Assembly (NCBI GenBank): GCA_008632985.1
Contig: QPGO01000005.1
Span: 703,607-767,606 of the forward strand
Length of the DNA stretch: 64,000 bases
Reading direction: 5' to 3'
Source: Psammoneis japonica
Taxonomy: Eukaryota
Shown here: positions 48,001 through 61,028 of the stretch, piece by piece
Layout of the letters: each line of letters begins with the position of its first letter
Position numbering within the stretch: the first letter of the stretch is position 1
The notes under the pieces: model-generated
What the model was told of the DNA's origin: nothing
The model's database searches: none
What the model saw: the letters and a program-made list of their open reading frames with translations, nothing else
Position numbers and translations under genes: made by a program

Positions 48001-49081
48001 ATGAATTGATGCTACCAGAGCAGGTCTTGACTCCAGATTTCGCGGGTTAGTTGATAAACGGATGTTACAGGTGCTGTCCACGGGCCTGAGGATATACGAG
48101 TGGGTGGGTGTTGACTGATGCGTTGCAGCTCTCGAAGGCGATGACATTGAGTTGGATCTACGGACAATGCACCTATCCAGGCTTTGTGTGAGAGCGCCTG
48201 TATTCGTAGTGTCAGTTAAGTGAAGGACTGAGAATTCCGGTGGCAAGTCATCTCCGTAGTCCAATGCGTTCCAGTAAACCGCAAAGTGGTTGAGTTGCGC
48301 CATCTTACGAATGATGGTTCCTCCTCCTCCTCTTCCTCTGCTGGCTTAACATCTGCCACGCCTTTCTCTTGTGACGGGTTCTTCATGACAACTTGGAAGT
48401 CATCTGCCTGAACGTGTAGACTCTCCAACGTCATTCCGCATGCAAATGGACTAGATGGCACCGAATCGACGTCTTCCAGGCGAATGTGGACGTCTCTTAT
48501 ATGAATTTGTAAATTCTCCAAAACGTCCTTTAGTATTCCCTCTGCGATACGCTTGTGAAAGAAGCCGGACAATCCGGAATGAGAAGATGTTGACGAAGTG
48601 GTGCTCTCGTTCACAGCCAGAACCTCTTGCTCCAATTCCTTTCGTCGCTGTGCAATTGCGGCACGTTCAAGGGCATCATCATCGTACTCGTAGCTTGTTC
48701 GAAAAAGAGCGTGCACGCCATCAACCACAACAACTACTACCGCTTCATTCTGCAAAACTCTAGGGTCGTTGGTAGAAGTAAAATTTCGGGGAGGTGACGA
48801 CTTGGACCCGAGCTTGGCCCAGGGAACCGTGATTTCGACCCTTCCGAGTGAGCAATGTACGAGCTCTAGCGGCTGTCCTTTGCCTCTCAGAATCTCATTA
48901 ACAACCTCCTTTCGAAGCTCGAGGTTCTCCAGCGAAACGAACCCGCTCCAAACACCAAGCTGCGTCCACGACGATGATGATGTTGTCTTTTCTTTCGTGA
49001 AGTGGAGCCATCACTTGTCGAAGACACAAAATACTTGGAAAGGAGGCGGCTCAACAATTTACCCGCAAGTTTCTCAAACAT
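36088..49081 (-). CDS. VPS13: VPS13-family lipid transfer protein (several frameshifts, at least one intron)
   Basis: Chorein N-terminus 'MFEKLAGKLLSRLLSKYF..GVWSGFVSLENL', 'IHIRDVHIRLED', 'WEPLVEPW', 'FRIEN..FAWDEP'. About 13 kb of coding sequence in consecutive ORFs; intron about 44001-44081. Confidence 0.9.
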
Positions 49082-50201
49082 TGTGAACTATGGGATTCTC
49101 TTATGTATCTTTCTCACAGCCTGCTGTAGCAGCGGAACGTTTCCGATTGATTCAGTCTCTATTGTTTTCTCGATACGAAATACAGTACCAGTAGCATGTT
49201 TCTTTTATTCAAAGGGTAGCTTGAATTGCTTTAAGAAAGCGGAAGGGGGGTTGTTGAACAAAGGTGGTGGCGGCGGGAGATTGGGATCATGCATGTCATG
49301 ATGTTGTGTCGCTGGTGCTGGGTGCGGAAATTCAATGGAGAAGATTCACGTAGCTTCTACGGGACTTTGAGTACGGTGATCCTCTATCGACGATGACGTA
49401 CGTACGACTACCACGACTCTTTTTGGCTTCTTTTGGCGCCAAAAACACAAAAGCAGATTATGGATTATGTAAAACAGACAGGGACCACACTGATAGACGT
49501 CCTTTCCCTTGTGCGCTGGAAGAGAATCATCTTCCCTTTCCTTCTGCTCCTCTGCGAAGAGGATGATTATAGGTGCTCTCTCCTCCGTGCAGACAACGTG
49601 ATCGGCAACACGCAACACCCACGCAGCATCGAAAATTTGAAAAATGGCTTCTCACAACAGGATACTGTAGTTGGAGTGCAGAACATAGACTGTCTACTCT
49701 CTAGTCCATTGGAGAGTAGCTAGAGTAGTACTAGACAAACTGTTGCGACTTCTTCCGATGACGTCGAACGACAAGATTGATCGCATGCAATACGATGAAG
49801 AAAGCGAATTTGGTTTTGATACAAAGAGGCATATATACATCCATCGATTTAAATAAAAATAACTGATGAATCGCGGTATTAGAAATGTCAATGTCCATTC
49901 TACGGAGTTTACTATCCGTCAATTACTGTATTGGAAGTCGAAGTCATTTTGATGACGTGTCTCGAACATTGCGATAAATAATTCACGAGGGTCACAACAA
50001 CGCGACATTTCTTCAAAAACACAGCACATTTTGGTCGGCTCATCCCGACAAAAGCAAACAAAGCGAACTTTTGTTCATAAACTGCAGTGTGGTGCGATGA
50101 TTTAGGCCATAACCTCCTCGTATAAAACCGGAAAACCGTCCTTAGTCTTCATTTTTCACTTGCTTTTGAACTTGAACCGTTGTCTCAGCGCACACGGCAA
50201 C

Positions 50202-51562
50202 ATGAATTTCAAAGCTCTTCTTGCTGCGTTTGCCGTAATGGCTCCACTGTTATCGACTGCTCAAGACATCGAAGGCAATAGCCTGTCTCGAGCAACTGAT
50301 GGGGATCACCGTGATCTCTTGTTGACTCTTAAACGTGTTGTTATTGACAAGCTCGCAGAACCAAAGAGGTATCCTATTGGTGAGTGCCAAGGGCACTGCC
50401 GTGGCAATGGACAATGTAAAGGCAAGCATATGAAATGCTACCTTAAGGAAGGCCTCGTCCCGGGATGCCGTGGACTTCCCGAAGAAGGCGTAAGGTATTG
50501 CTACGACGTAAGGAAAGCCGAAACATCCATTTCGGAAATAATTACTACAGCTCCAAAGTCAATACCTCCGGCAACGTCCAAGGGAGTGTTCCGCGCGAGG
50601 CTCAAATACGTTGGAAAGTTCAGGCGTCGCAAGGAAAAGTATCCCCTCGGAAGATGCAAAGGCCATTGTTTTGGGGACCGTCATTGCAAGGCTGGATTCA
50701 AATGCCACAAGGTTCCGGGCGAAATTCCATATGGCTGCAAAGGGAGGGCAAAGAAGAGAGTACAATATTGCTACAAGCCACCACGAATCCTCCACCTCCT
50801 GAAACTGATGCTCCTTTAACAAGAGATACGACATCTTCGCCAACTTCTTCACCAACCATTTCCCCTACTACTCAGGCACCCACACAATCTCCGACGACTT
50901 CGTCACCAACGATGTCTCCGACGCTTGCACCCACGAACCCGCCTACTCCAACTCCACTTCCACTGCTCAGGGAAGTTGCCGACGACTTGACGACTGTCTT
51001 GGGCGAGTGCGAAGGCGACTGCGATAGCAATAAGCAGTGTGCAGGCCGTTTGATGTGTATGAAACGCGAGGCATTCGAAGACGTGAGTTTCTTTTCGCAT
51101 TTTGTGATGATTTCCATCCTACGAGTTTGATTCCATTTCTAACCCCTTTTAATTTTAACCACACATAGGTTCCTGGATGTTCTACTGAATACAAAGGGAA
51201 GCAACCACTGATTACTGTTATGATCCGCAAAAAGTCGTAGTGGAAAGAACGCCCCCTCAACTTGGTACAGACGGCAAGATACTTTATCAGGATGTCACCG
51301 AAGACACACCCACTTCGCCTCTTGGAAAGTGCCAGGGCGACTGCGACGCGGATATTGAGTGCGAAGGTCGATTGCGGTGTCAAAAGCGCAATGCGTGGGA
51401 ACAAGTAAGTCTTTCTATTTCATTCAGAACTGATTGATAGTTCAAATTTCTTGCTCTAACCACACTGCTTTTAATTTTTGAACGACACAGGTTCCTGGAT
51501 GTTCTACAGATACGCCAGGCCAGTTCAAACAGGACTATTGTTATGATCCCTCCGATCTTTAG
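50202..51562 (+). CDS. Frustulin-like secreted protein with four Cys-rich repeats and a Pro/Thr linker; 2 introns, 1 frameshift
   Basis: Signal peptide; CQGHC, CKGHC, CEGDCD and CQGDCD repeats each ending (V)PGC...YCY. Introns about 51083-51168 and 51405-51490; frame change about 50780. Confidence 0.8.
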
Positions 51563-51769
51563 CTGAAACACGTGGTGGTGTTGAGCTTCAAGGTGGTAGC
51601 AATTTTTCGACGTAGATCGAACGTGTTGGTTAGCTGTTGGGCGTGACCACAATTTTTCGAGTAGAAGTCGTCAGATGGATAAAATCAAGTTCGTCACAGG
51701 CTTGCTCTATCCAACGAGATTAAGATAATGATAGAAAAACCTTCGGAAATGAGCCGGATTAGTTTTTTT

Positions 51770-51910
51770 AGTAGAAGTAGCTCTCTACCCTCTCTACTCT
51801 AGCTATGGATAGAGCTCTACTCTCTAGAGCTTGAGCTAATACTCAGCTACTGTAGAGTAGCTACTACTAGTAGTAGCTAGCTAGAGATAAGAGTAGCTAC
51901 TAGTAGGCTC
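51770..51910. repeat. TAG/CTA/AGCT-rich low-complexity tract
   Basis: Dense tagtag/agctag/ctactc units; a similar short tract lies at about 49693-49735. Confidence 0.7.
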
Positions 51911-52132
51911 ATTTTAGAGTGTACGAGTAAGGGAATACACTAAAGTCAAAGAGAAGCATGTGGTCGCGCGACGGGAGCAATTCAGTCGTGTTTGTGGAGA
52001 AAAATGGGTTTTGAGCTCTCTACCGTCACATGCCGCAATGGCCGCATGGCCGCCTCATTCACCCCCGCAACCCGCAAAACTCCATTCCAATTCTTCGTCT
52101 AGACTACCGTATCGTTCGTCGCGTCTCCCGCC

Positions 52133-55100
52133 ATGATATCAAGAGCGTTGTTGGCCGCCGCTCGTTCTCGACGGGCAGTCTTCGCAAATCAGCACCACAC
52201 GTATCGTCATAACAACAGGCAATGGAATTCTGTTGTGGCCACTTCAGCGGCGTCTCATCAGCAAGCCTTCGCCTCATCGCTTGCGTCGGTGTCTTTGGAA
52301 GATGATGACACACTATCGTTTTCACTGTTTCAGCATCAACAAGTCCGTTGGAAGCGTAAAGGAGGTGCTTCCGCTTTTAAGAAGCCGCGTCCTGTGCCGA
52401 GAAAAAAGTTGAAGGCCTTCAACCGTCGTAAGAAAGCACAGCACTTTGAAAAGTATGGAAGACACTCTCCACCGGGTTCCAAAGCCGCGATTCGACGAGA
52501 ACACGAGAAAGACGATTGGGACGCGCTTCTTAACCACGATCCAAATGACACGGGCTTTGGTGATCCTAAAAAGCTTGAGTATGACATGGCCGACGCCTTG
52601 TTGGATGATTTGATTGGAAGCACTCCTCAGCTCACCAGCACTCCTACACCGGAACCAACGTATCTCGGGCATCTGCATAAGAAATTCTACAATCAAGTGG
52701 CAGGAAAAATGGATATTTATAAGCAGAGCCAGCAAGAGCTTCTTACTTCAAAAGAATCTTCGCCAGCCGACACGAAACTGCTTCCCACCGAAGCGCAATT
52801 ACCTTCGGATAGAGAGATATCCCTGGTTCTCAGAGCCTACCGCGATCGCCACGGCACAAAAACCAAACCGATCGGCATTGTCAAGGCTTTGGAACACTTG
52901 CTTCGTGACTTGAATTTGCCAGTATCGTCCTTTGGTGAACTTACCTTCACAACCCTCCTGACGTGTTGTCGCACACCCAAAGAAGCAAGGCGTATCTTCA
53001 AGCTACAAAAGGATTCACAGCATCCCATTAGTTCGTACAGCTGGTCAATTCTGGTAGATATCCACGCCAAACTCGGAGACTACGAGGGATGCAATCGCGT
53101 CATGGAAGAAATGGTGTCGGAAGGGGTACAGCCGTCCCTCGCTGCGTACACGTCTCTCTTGGCTGCATGCTACAAGGTCTGCAACTCGAGCGGTAGAGTT
53201 CCAAATTCTGTTCGATCCCAAGCCGGAAAGCTGGCATGGTCCAAATGGAAAGAATTGCGCATTATAGGATTAGAGCCAGACGTAATGGCGTATGGTGCCA
53301 TGCTGCGGATTTGCGCTGCTCGTGGACATCCGGAAAGGGCCCTGAGTTTGTTGGAAGAAATGCAGACTCAAGGTGTCAAACCAACAACGCTGTGCTTCAC
53401 AAGTGCGCTGCGAGCAACTGCACGGAGTCATGAAACTGCGGTGCGTCATGAACGTGCCTTTTCAAAGAAGAATCGACGACGAGAGCATACAACGGCTCAT
53501 CATGGTAAACTGGCAAGGTCGATTCTCATTTTGGCAGAGAATGCGGAAGTAGACCAAGACGATGGTTTTATAGCAGCACTTATTCTCTGTGCTGCGGCGG
53601 CTGGAGACTCTGCAACAGCCAAAGCAATACTTTTGGCGAGTGACGTTAGGCGAATGGACCATTTGAGAACTATTGGTTCCGACACTCATTTGAAGCAGTT
53701 GAGAGGAGAGGACAATTTGTCATTATCTGAGGATTCCGCTCCACAAATAAGCCACCACACAGACACGCAAGTCCCAATGCTTCAGCAAAAATCACGTCGC
53801 GACTATCGCCCATCTTTTGCTGATCGGGAATACGGTGGTCGGGACACACGGGCGTTGTCGGCGTTGCTACTGGCTTGCTCTAACGCCGCCGAGAACCGCG
53901 GATTGGGCGACATGTGGGCAGGGAGAGAGAACAAGGGCTACTTATGCGATAACTCTCTTCGTCTCATTACCGTACGACCCGCACCAAAGTACGACGAGGA
54001 GAGGATCCCTGGTGTGTCGTATCAAGAGCTAGCCCACAGCGCCATGGTTTGGGATGAGGAAGAACCGGAGCATATGGGGAAACGCTTGCGACGAGCAAAG
54101 TTCCGTGGTGTTGATATAGATGAGGATGCAGGATTTACATTGGACGAATTAGATGACAGTCTGTATCACATGTTTGCAAATGACAGCAACGAGCAGGTTT
54201 CGAATGCTGATGGAAGTGACACTGTTGACGCGCAGGAGCTTATCATGGGAAAGGATACCAACCATGACTGGGTCGACGATACAACTGTTTCATTTGATAG
54301 TGCTACGGGAAGAATAAGCTCCACGAGCAATACTGGGGACATACCAACGGAACAATTGTACTTTGACGATGATAACAATGATGACTGGATTGAAGGTACA
54401 ACTGCTTCATTTGATAGTGCGACGGGAAAGATTAGCTCCGGGGATGCTCACGGTGTCGTACCTGAACAATCGCACTTTGACAACAGTTCCAATATCTCAT
54501 TCGAACAAGACACAGGTCTGTCCTCGGTTGGTAAGAAAAGTGATCATCACGAGCCAGAAGAGGAGTACGTCTTTGATAGAACGCTGAGGAAATGGATGAC
54601 TCGGCCTAAAGCAGACAAGTCTGCCCTTACAGTCGACAGACATCAAACGGTGCGTTATATTTTATCGTTTCATTGAGGTGCTTCTCGTGGTTGGGATCCC
54701 GCGTCTATTGCACGTTACCAGCTTAACACTTCATGATGCGTTCTGGACGGGTAGTCTTTCTACAAGTCTTGTAATCATGATCACGGTTGTTCCGTCTGGA
54801 TCGAAATGCGGGTAAATTGAATGATTATGGCTTGCCTTTATCAGTGTATTTTCGACAGGAGGATGAGAGGAATAACAAGGCAGTTTTTCATACATGGCTA
54901 TTCTTTTTCCAATTCTAACTCGTGCTGGATTCTGTTTCGTGCTTCGCTCATAGAGTATTGAACAAATGCAGCACGAAACGCCATATAGCGATGGTGGTGC
55001 TTTGGACGACGATGAATTCCAGTTGTTTTTTGAGGGACTTAAGCATGAAGTAATGGAGAGTGGAGAAGAGGTCGAGGTACTCGAAGAAGATGCTCGTGCA

Positions 55101-56832
55101 TTTTATGAAGAGACGAAGGCGAAAGAATCGTTTAAAGATGTTTCTCCGCCACCAAGAACTTTGACAGACTCTGATAGTCAAGAGATAGACAATGATGAAT
55201 TCAAGCTATTCTACGAAGGACTCAAGCAGCAAGTCAGGGAAAGCGGCGATGACATGCCAGTCAAGGAGAAGGACGCACGTGAGCTGTTTGCAGCGATGCA
55301 CGATGAGTTCAAGGAAGAAGAAGACACGTCACAAACCGGAATCGATCACTTGGAGAGCTTCAACGCTGCAAAAGGGCAATCTCCCCTCAGCAATGAAGAG
55401 ATTGAGTTTAGCTCATTTTACGGCTCTATGAAAAGAGAGGCTATAGAAGCTGGCGACGTCGACGCTGTGCAAGAGGAGGAAGCTAGGGAGTTGTTTGATA
55501 TGTTTAATAGCGCGTTCAATGAAGAGGGCGATCAGTCTGCGTCCTTGTCTGAAAGCGACGCATCTCTTTCGAGCTCTCTGGGCATGGGTATAGAAACAAA
55601 AACAGGGGAACCTCCTCATGCAAGCTTTGACGATTTTTTAAACGATCTAAAAGATGAATGGCGAGCTGAAGGTGTTGATATGGGAGACATGGACGAGCGT
55701 TCAAACGAAAGAGAGATACAGGCGAGTCACAAAATGACCGGAGGTTTCCAAACGAGTGACAACGAATTAAGTGAACAATTGCAACCAGAAATTCGTCTAG
55801 GCAACGAGACTTGGATAAAAGATAAGATCTCTAGTGCTCCGAAATCCGGAAAACGACTGCCGGAAGCCGAGGCAGGTCCCATCGGCCAACCAACTGAGGC
55901 CAAGCTCAATGTTCAAACACAAGAGGGAAACACAAGTGCTGTTGCTGGTTCTGCTCAATCGAAGCCTTCCTTAAGACCAGGTCATGCAAGTCTCTCTGAA
56001 ATCGACAAGGAGCTAGAGGCAGCTCTTCCCGGAATGCCGCATAGCCGCGTCGTTAAGATCCGCAATGTTTTCGTAAAGAGCCTTGGCGACCCTTCCATGT
56101 TGAGGTTGGTGCCTTTGCTGCGAGAAAACATGCCTGACTATGTTACCAGAGGATGGCTCAAACGCAAGAATTTACAAAACGCATCATTTGTCATGAAGAA
56201 GGCCAAAGAGGACGGTTTGATTGATATCCACATGCTGAATGGCATGCTACAGGTCGAAACAAGTTGTGGAAGTCTGGATCGGGCTCTATCGTTCCACCAA
56301 GAGAAATTTGAACGTTACAATACGGTGAGTATCGAGTGTTATCAGTCCTGGAAAAGATAAAATGTTGGGTACGATGATTGTCTCATATTTTTTCCGTTTT
56401 TTTGGTTGATGCACATAGTCGGCCAACGTGTACAGTGACCGTCTGGTTCTCCAAATGTTCGTAAGGAATAACAGAATGCCACGTGCGCTCGCGTTCAAGC
56501 AGAAGGTGGAAGAAGCTGGTCGATCAATAGACATCCACTCGTACGGTTCCATCATTGAACATTATGGCAACAAGGGACAATTGGGATCAGCCTTGTTAAT
56601 GCTAAAAGAGTGCATTGCTGTCCATGGTGCTCCGCCTGGCGACAGCAGTTTGAAAAAGGTGCGCCTTCTATGCCGACAGCACGATGTTGAAGACCAAGTG
56701 GGAATTGTAGACTTGATTGGAAAGGACCCTGTGGAATGGATACGGCACGGGGAGCAAAACCTCAAGCGTGAATACTCGTATCGCGGTCGACGCAATGTGC
56801 TCTTGGCGCGGAATCGAATGGTGAAAATCTAG
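52133..56832 (+). CDS. Pentatricopeptide-repeat protein, probably mitochondrial; at least 2 introns
   Basis: PPR motifs ('YSWSILVDIHAKLGD', 'YTSLLAAC', 'PDVMAYGAMLRICA', 'SYGSIIEHYGNKG'); R/A/S-rich presequence; introns about 54649-54952 and 56325-56418. Confidence 0.85.
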
Positions 56833-59800
56833 TCCGCTTGCCCGTCTCATTCAAACGAGTCATACTTTAAGCCATTAACCCATGGTACCTCCACGAGTAG
56901 TATGATAGCAACCACTTGGATCCACCTCTTCGTCTATCGAGTGCTGATCGAACAACGACCCCGGCTGCATTTGGCTATCGGAGTTTCAGCAGTCCAACGT
57001 GACTAGTCAATGCTTCAATGCTTCAATTTGTTCGTCCAAACATCAAGTTGATGTGTTTACTGTGACTATATGAGGGACTGACCCGTACGTCGTGACACGG
57101 TACAGTTGAATCTCTCTGCGAGACTATCCGCATTTCTAACTCTTGGATCGATATGTGGGAAAGACTAGTTGCGGAACCGAAGGTGCGAAGACATTGAAGC
57201 TAATGAGGGATACGAGGGAGTGCAAGGATACCACTTTCTCAAGCAGGATATAGCACGGAATGCCAAGGGACTGCCGAAAGGCAGCTGCTAGGTCGATTGA
57301 ATGTCTCTCTGTGCACCTTGATGCTACAAACCGCGGGTGATTCGATACCACTACTAGAGATATTCTTGCATCTCAGTTCGCAATGCTTGTTTCGTGGTTC
57401 GTCATGGCAGAAGTATGTACCGAATATTTCAATCGACGAGGAGCAACAGGCAAGAGGCGGCGGTTATGATCCTTTGCTTGCGCAGCTTATACTGATGAAA
57501 CTAACTATTGGCGCGGAGTTCACCTGACCTACGCGGAGCAGTGCATATTTTTGTGCTACTGTGGTTCAAAACCAGCAAAAGGCCGGCGGCAGATGCTTTT
57601 CCCAGGGTTGAGCTCATGATACAGAAAACACCATTTTGGCTAATGCGAATGGAGTTGTAGCTGCCGTCTTGCCTTGATAAAAATGCTGAACGCGTCTCTT
57701 GACATGGGGGGTATGGTTACTCATTGCACACAAGTGGTCATGGGCGTGGAATGTGGTTTCCCCGCTTCTCGAAGGGGACATGCGCGAGAGGTGGGGTGGC
57801 TTGAACTGTTTGGCGCTAGGGTTTCTGTTGCGTCTTGGAGCAAACTTGAGACGCCCACACACGCGAGAATCGCCGTCGGGTAAGTTGCAATGCAGCGCTT
57901 GGGCGGTATTCGCATACACCTTACGAGTAATGTAGGACACTCCGTGTCCTCTCTTGCTCTGGCATTGAAAGTGGCTCTCCAAGTTTAGAAACTTGGTTGC
58001 TCCAATCCTTGATTGGCACAAACGGTGATGCGTTGGGAGTGGCGGCCGTGAAAATGATTACAGTGACAATCGATCCCAATGCTCTCTCAGTGAAGTGGAC
58101 TACGGAATCTTGGAGTACTCGTGCAAAAAGGATGTGTGCTCTTGGCAAAGGTGCCGGGTTTGCTGCAGCCACCCGAGCTGCCTGTGCTGTACCGTCAAAT
58201 CGGGGGAAACAGTATGACGGGGAAGGGGTGGGAAAAGCACAGTTTGAAAATATCTTGCAAGAACAGATGTCGCAACATGACAAGGGAAAAAAAGGTTCGT
58301 TCCGAGTGGCTCCTAGCAATGGTAGATCCCATCGAAGTGCGGCTTTCGTCGATTCTCTTTTCTTTCCTTATTCATCTTACGATGCCTCCTTATTTGAAGC
58401 CAGGCATGAACCTGTGACAGACTCGCTGGAAGCAGCACCGTGGCCTTATCTTGTACATGACTAATGCTACCTTCGACAAAGTGCTTCCGAAGCAAAGCAA
58501 GCGTCATTCTTCAACTCTTTTGACTTGACACATCTTGAGATTTGCCTTGTTGGGCTCGATATAAAGCTTGAAGGTAGATACAATTGATAGTCGGATGGCG
58601 CTTGACGGAGCACTTCAGCCGGTATGCTGCTACAACGAGGACGATTAGATATCAAGGCTCGATACATGTGACAGCTTACTCATGCTTTCAGGCCTTGAGA
58701 TAGCTTCTGAAAAGGAATCGCGCCAGACGGAGAAATCTCGCTTTCTTCGTACGGGTACCGTACTCTAGAGAGCCATGACAGCACTGTAGCCGTACCATCT
58801 TCAACATGAACCAGCAATTGATAACCTTGTAAATATGTAGACCCCCCTTGTTGCATTTCTCCATTCATATTCATCTGTCAAGAACGGAAATAAAAAACTG
58901 AAAAGAGAGTGTGAGTTATAAAGTATAACTCAGCGAGTAGATCAATACGAACGAACGATACAAACAGATCTTCAAACGCTGTGGGACGTGGAGAATATAG
59001 CTGATATAACGGGCCGGCGACCCATAGGAGTATTAAACATACGGGGGATCAGATATGAGATGCTCAATGAGCAACTCAAGCGGTCTGAACCACCTTACAA
59101 CCTTCACGAAAAAGGCTGCCCTTCGGGGTTATCAAGCACACCGTCTTAGTCCACGACGTCTACAGGCGTTCAGCGTGCATTCAAAAAAGAAAGCAGGGGC
59201 TGGCCCTCATATGGTTCCTGCTTAAACAACCGTTGCACTAAAAAGTGCGTTGGTTGGCACCGGGTTACTGCCGTATTGGACGTTTACAAGCATGCAGCGC
59301 ACACGCAAGGAGCGAGTTTGCTGGCAATCGTGGTGTATCTCCGTCGGCACCACGGACTACTTTGACAGGCAATCGTCATTTCGCCTCGAACCGACTTCCA
59401 AAGATATACGCAATCAAACGCACAGAGGAAAACCGTCAAGGACCCAAGCCTTCAGGTCTACATGGTAATCGTGTGCGGACGACATTCAATGACTTAACTC
59501 CAGCAGATCTAATTCACAACGAGAACGAGACGATCGACTCACCTTTGGCAGAGAATTGAAGCAACCATGGCAATTGCGACGACGACGTGTTTCAAAAAGT
59601 CAAATGGCGATTTTTGTGTGCTTCGTGAACAATGAACAAAGTGAATCTGAATCCACTTTTCCCGGGTTCGCCGTTTCAAAATTTTCGAAAATTTTTTTGG
59701 AGGGACGCGGAGCGTCCCTGGAGGGACATTTGTCCCGCGGAGCGGGAGGGACGCGCGAAGCGCGCCCCCGAGGGACAGGGTGTCCCTCGGGTCCCTCGCA

Positions 59801-60665
59801 AATCGGCCGGAAATCGACGGGTGGAGCCGGCGACCAGACCGGTCACCCTACGACGGACGACAGACGGTCCGACCACCGCACTACATACCGCCGCTCGCTC
59901 GTTGCTGCTGTTGCACTATGGCCTCTCTAGCCCCACTCCGCGCGCACTGTGCATAGCATGCTATGCACAACGTTTCAGAGGTGTCGCGAAACTTCCCCGA
60001 GACATTACATTTCTTGAGACATACCGAACCTTTCAGTACACTCGACGGTCGAAACAGGCTGAAAAGGACAGCTTCCGCCATGGGGCTTACATAGCTGTTT
60101 AATGCCACAGAAGTTGGTCAATTTTGGCGGGATTTTTTACGTAGAATTCTACGTTGTGCATAGTATGCTATGCACAAGGTTTGAGTCGCTCAAGTTCCAA
60201 GTACCTCGTTTCAGTAGGACATAGATAGCGTTTATGGACGATGAGTCAATACTTGTTAGCATGTTTAATGGACAGCCTTTAAAATAGCAGCTTTCTTGTT
60301 CCAATGACCTTGGAAGTGGAGTCACTTGTTGGCGAGGCTAATGCGTAGCTTTTGTACGAGGGGTTACACAGGTATTTTTCTACGTCATTTCTACGTGAAT
60401 CGCTGAATCAATCTCATTACACGTGTACCACATCAACCGCTTCAAGTGGGTCAATATCCCTGCTTATTATTTACGAGCTCGAATTTGCACAGACATGCTC
60501 TGGAGCGCATCTGTGCATTTACGTAGATTTTGTACCAGTCGCATCGTAGAGTGATGTTGTTCGCCTGCCCCAACGAACTCTTTCTCGTACATAAAATATT
60601 ACTCACGCCTGCCGGATAGGTTGGAGGTACATTTTCCTGGTACAAACACGTAGAATTTAACGCAG

Positions 60666-60739
60666 CTGCACAGATGGTCTCTGGAGACCATCTGTGCAGG
60701 CGATGGTGCACAGATGGTCTCTGGAGACCATCTGTGCAC
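60666..60739. repeat. Tandem pair of identical 32-bp hairpins TGCACAGATGGTCTC-TG-GAGACCATCTGTGCA
   Basis: Copies at 60667-60698 and 60707-60738. Confidence 0.95.
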
Positions 60740-61028
60740 AAGTGGGGGTAAGAACGTCAAAGGCGTCTGACATGTTTGACACAATGAGGTCTTTCTAGAC
60801 ACTTCAAAGTGGTCAATTAATGGGATGACCAAAAGGCGCCAAAAAATTGAGTTGTGCATGGCATGCTGTGCACATGCGCGATTTTGTCGACAATTCGCAA
60901 AAATTTCTGTGCATGGCATGCCATGCACAGCGCGAGCAGGGCTAGCTAGAGTCTGCCGTTTTCATTGCCATTGTTGCGATTCGTTGCGATTGGACTTGCA
61001 TGGCACACGCTGTCGGCATCATTTGTCC

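Noticed and set aside
34327..49081. Programmed frameshifting or true pseudogenisation of ELP3 and VPS13
   Set aside because: No consistent slippery motif and amino-acid conservation is intact; indel error is more parsimonious.
57100..59560. Short ORFs on both strands
   Set aside because: No recognisable motifs or consistent exon structure; may be a decayed gene but cannot be supported.
59948..60929. CRISPR-like array
   Set aside because: Irregular spacing, eukaryotic context and no cas genes.
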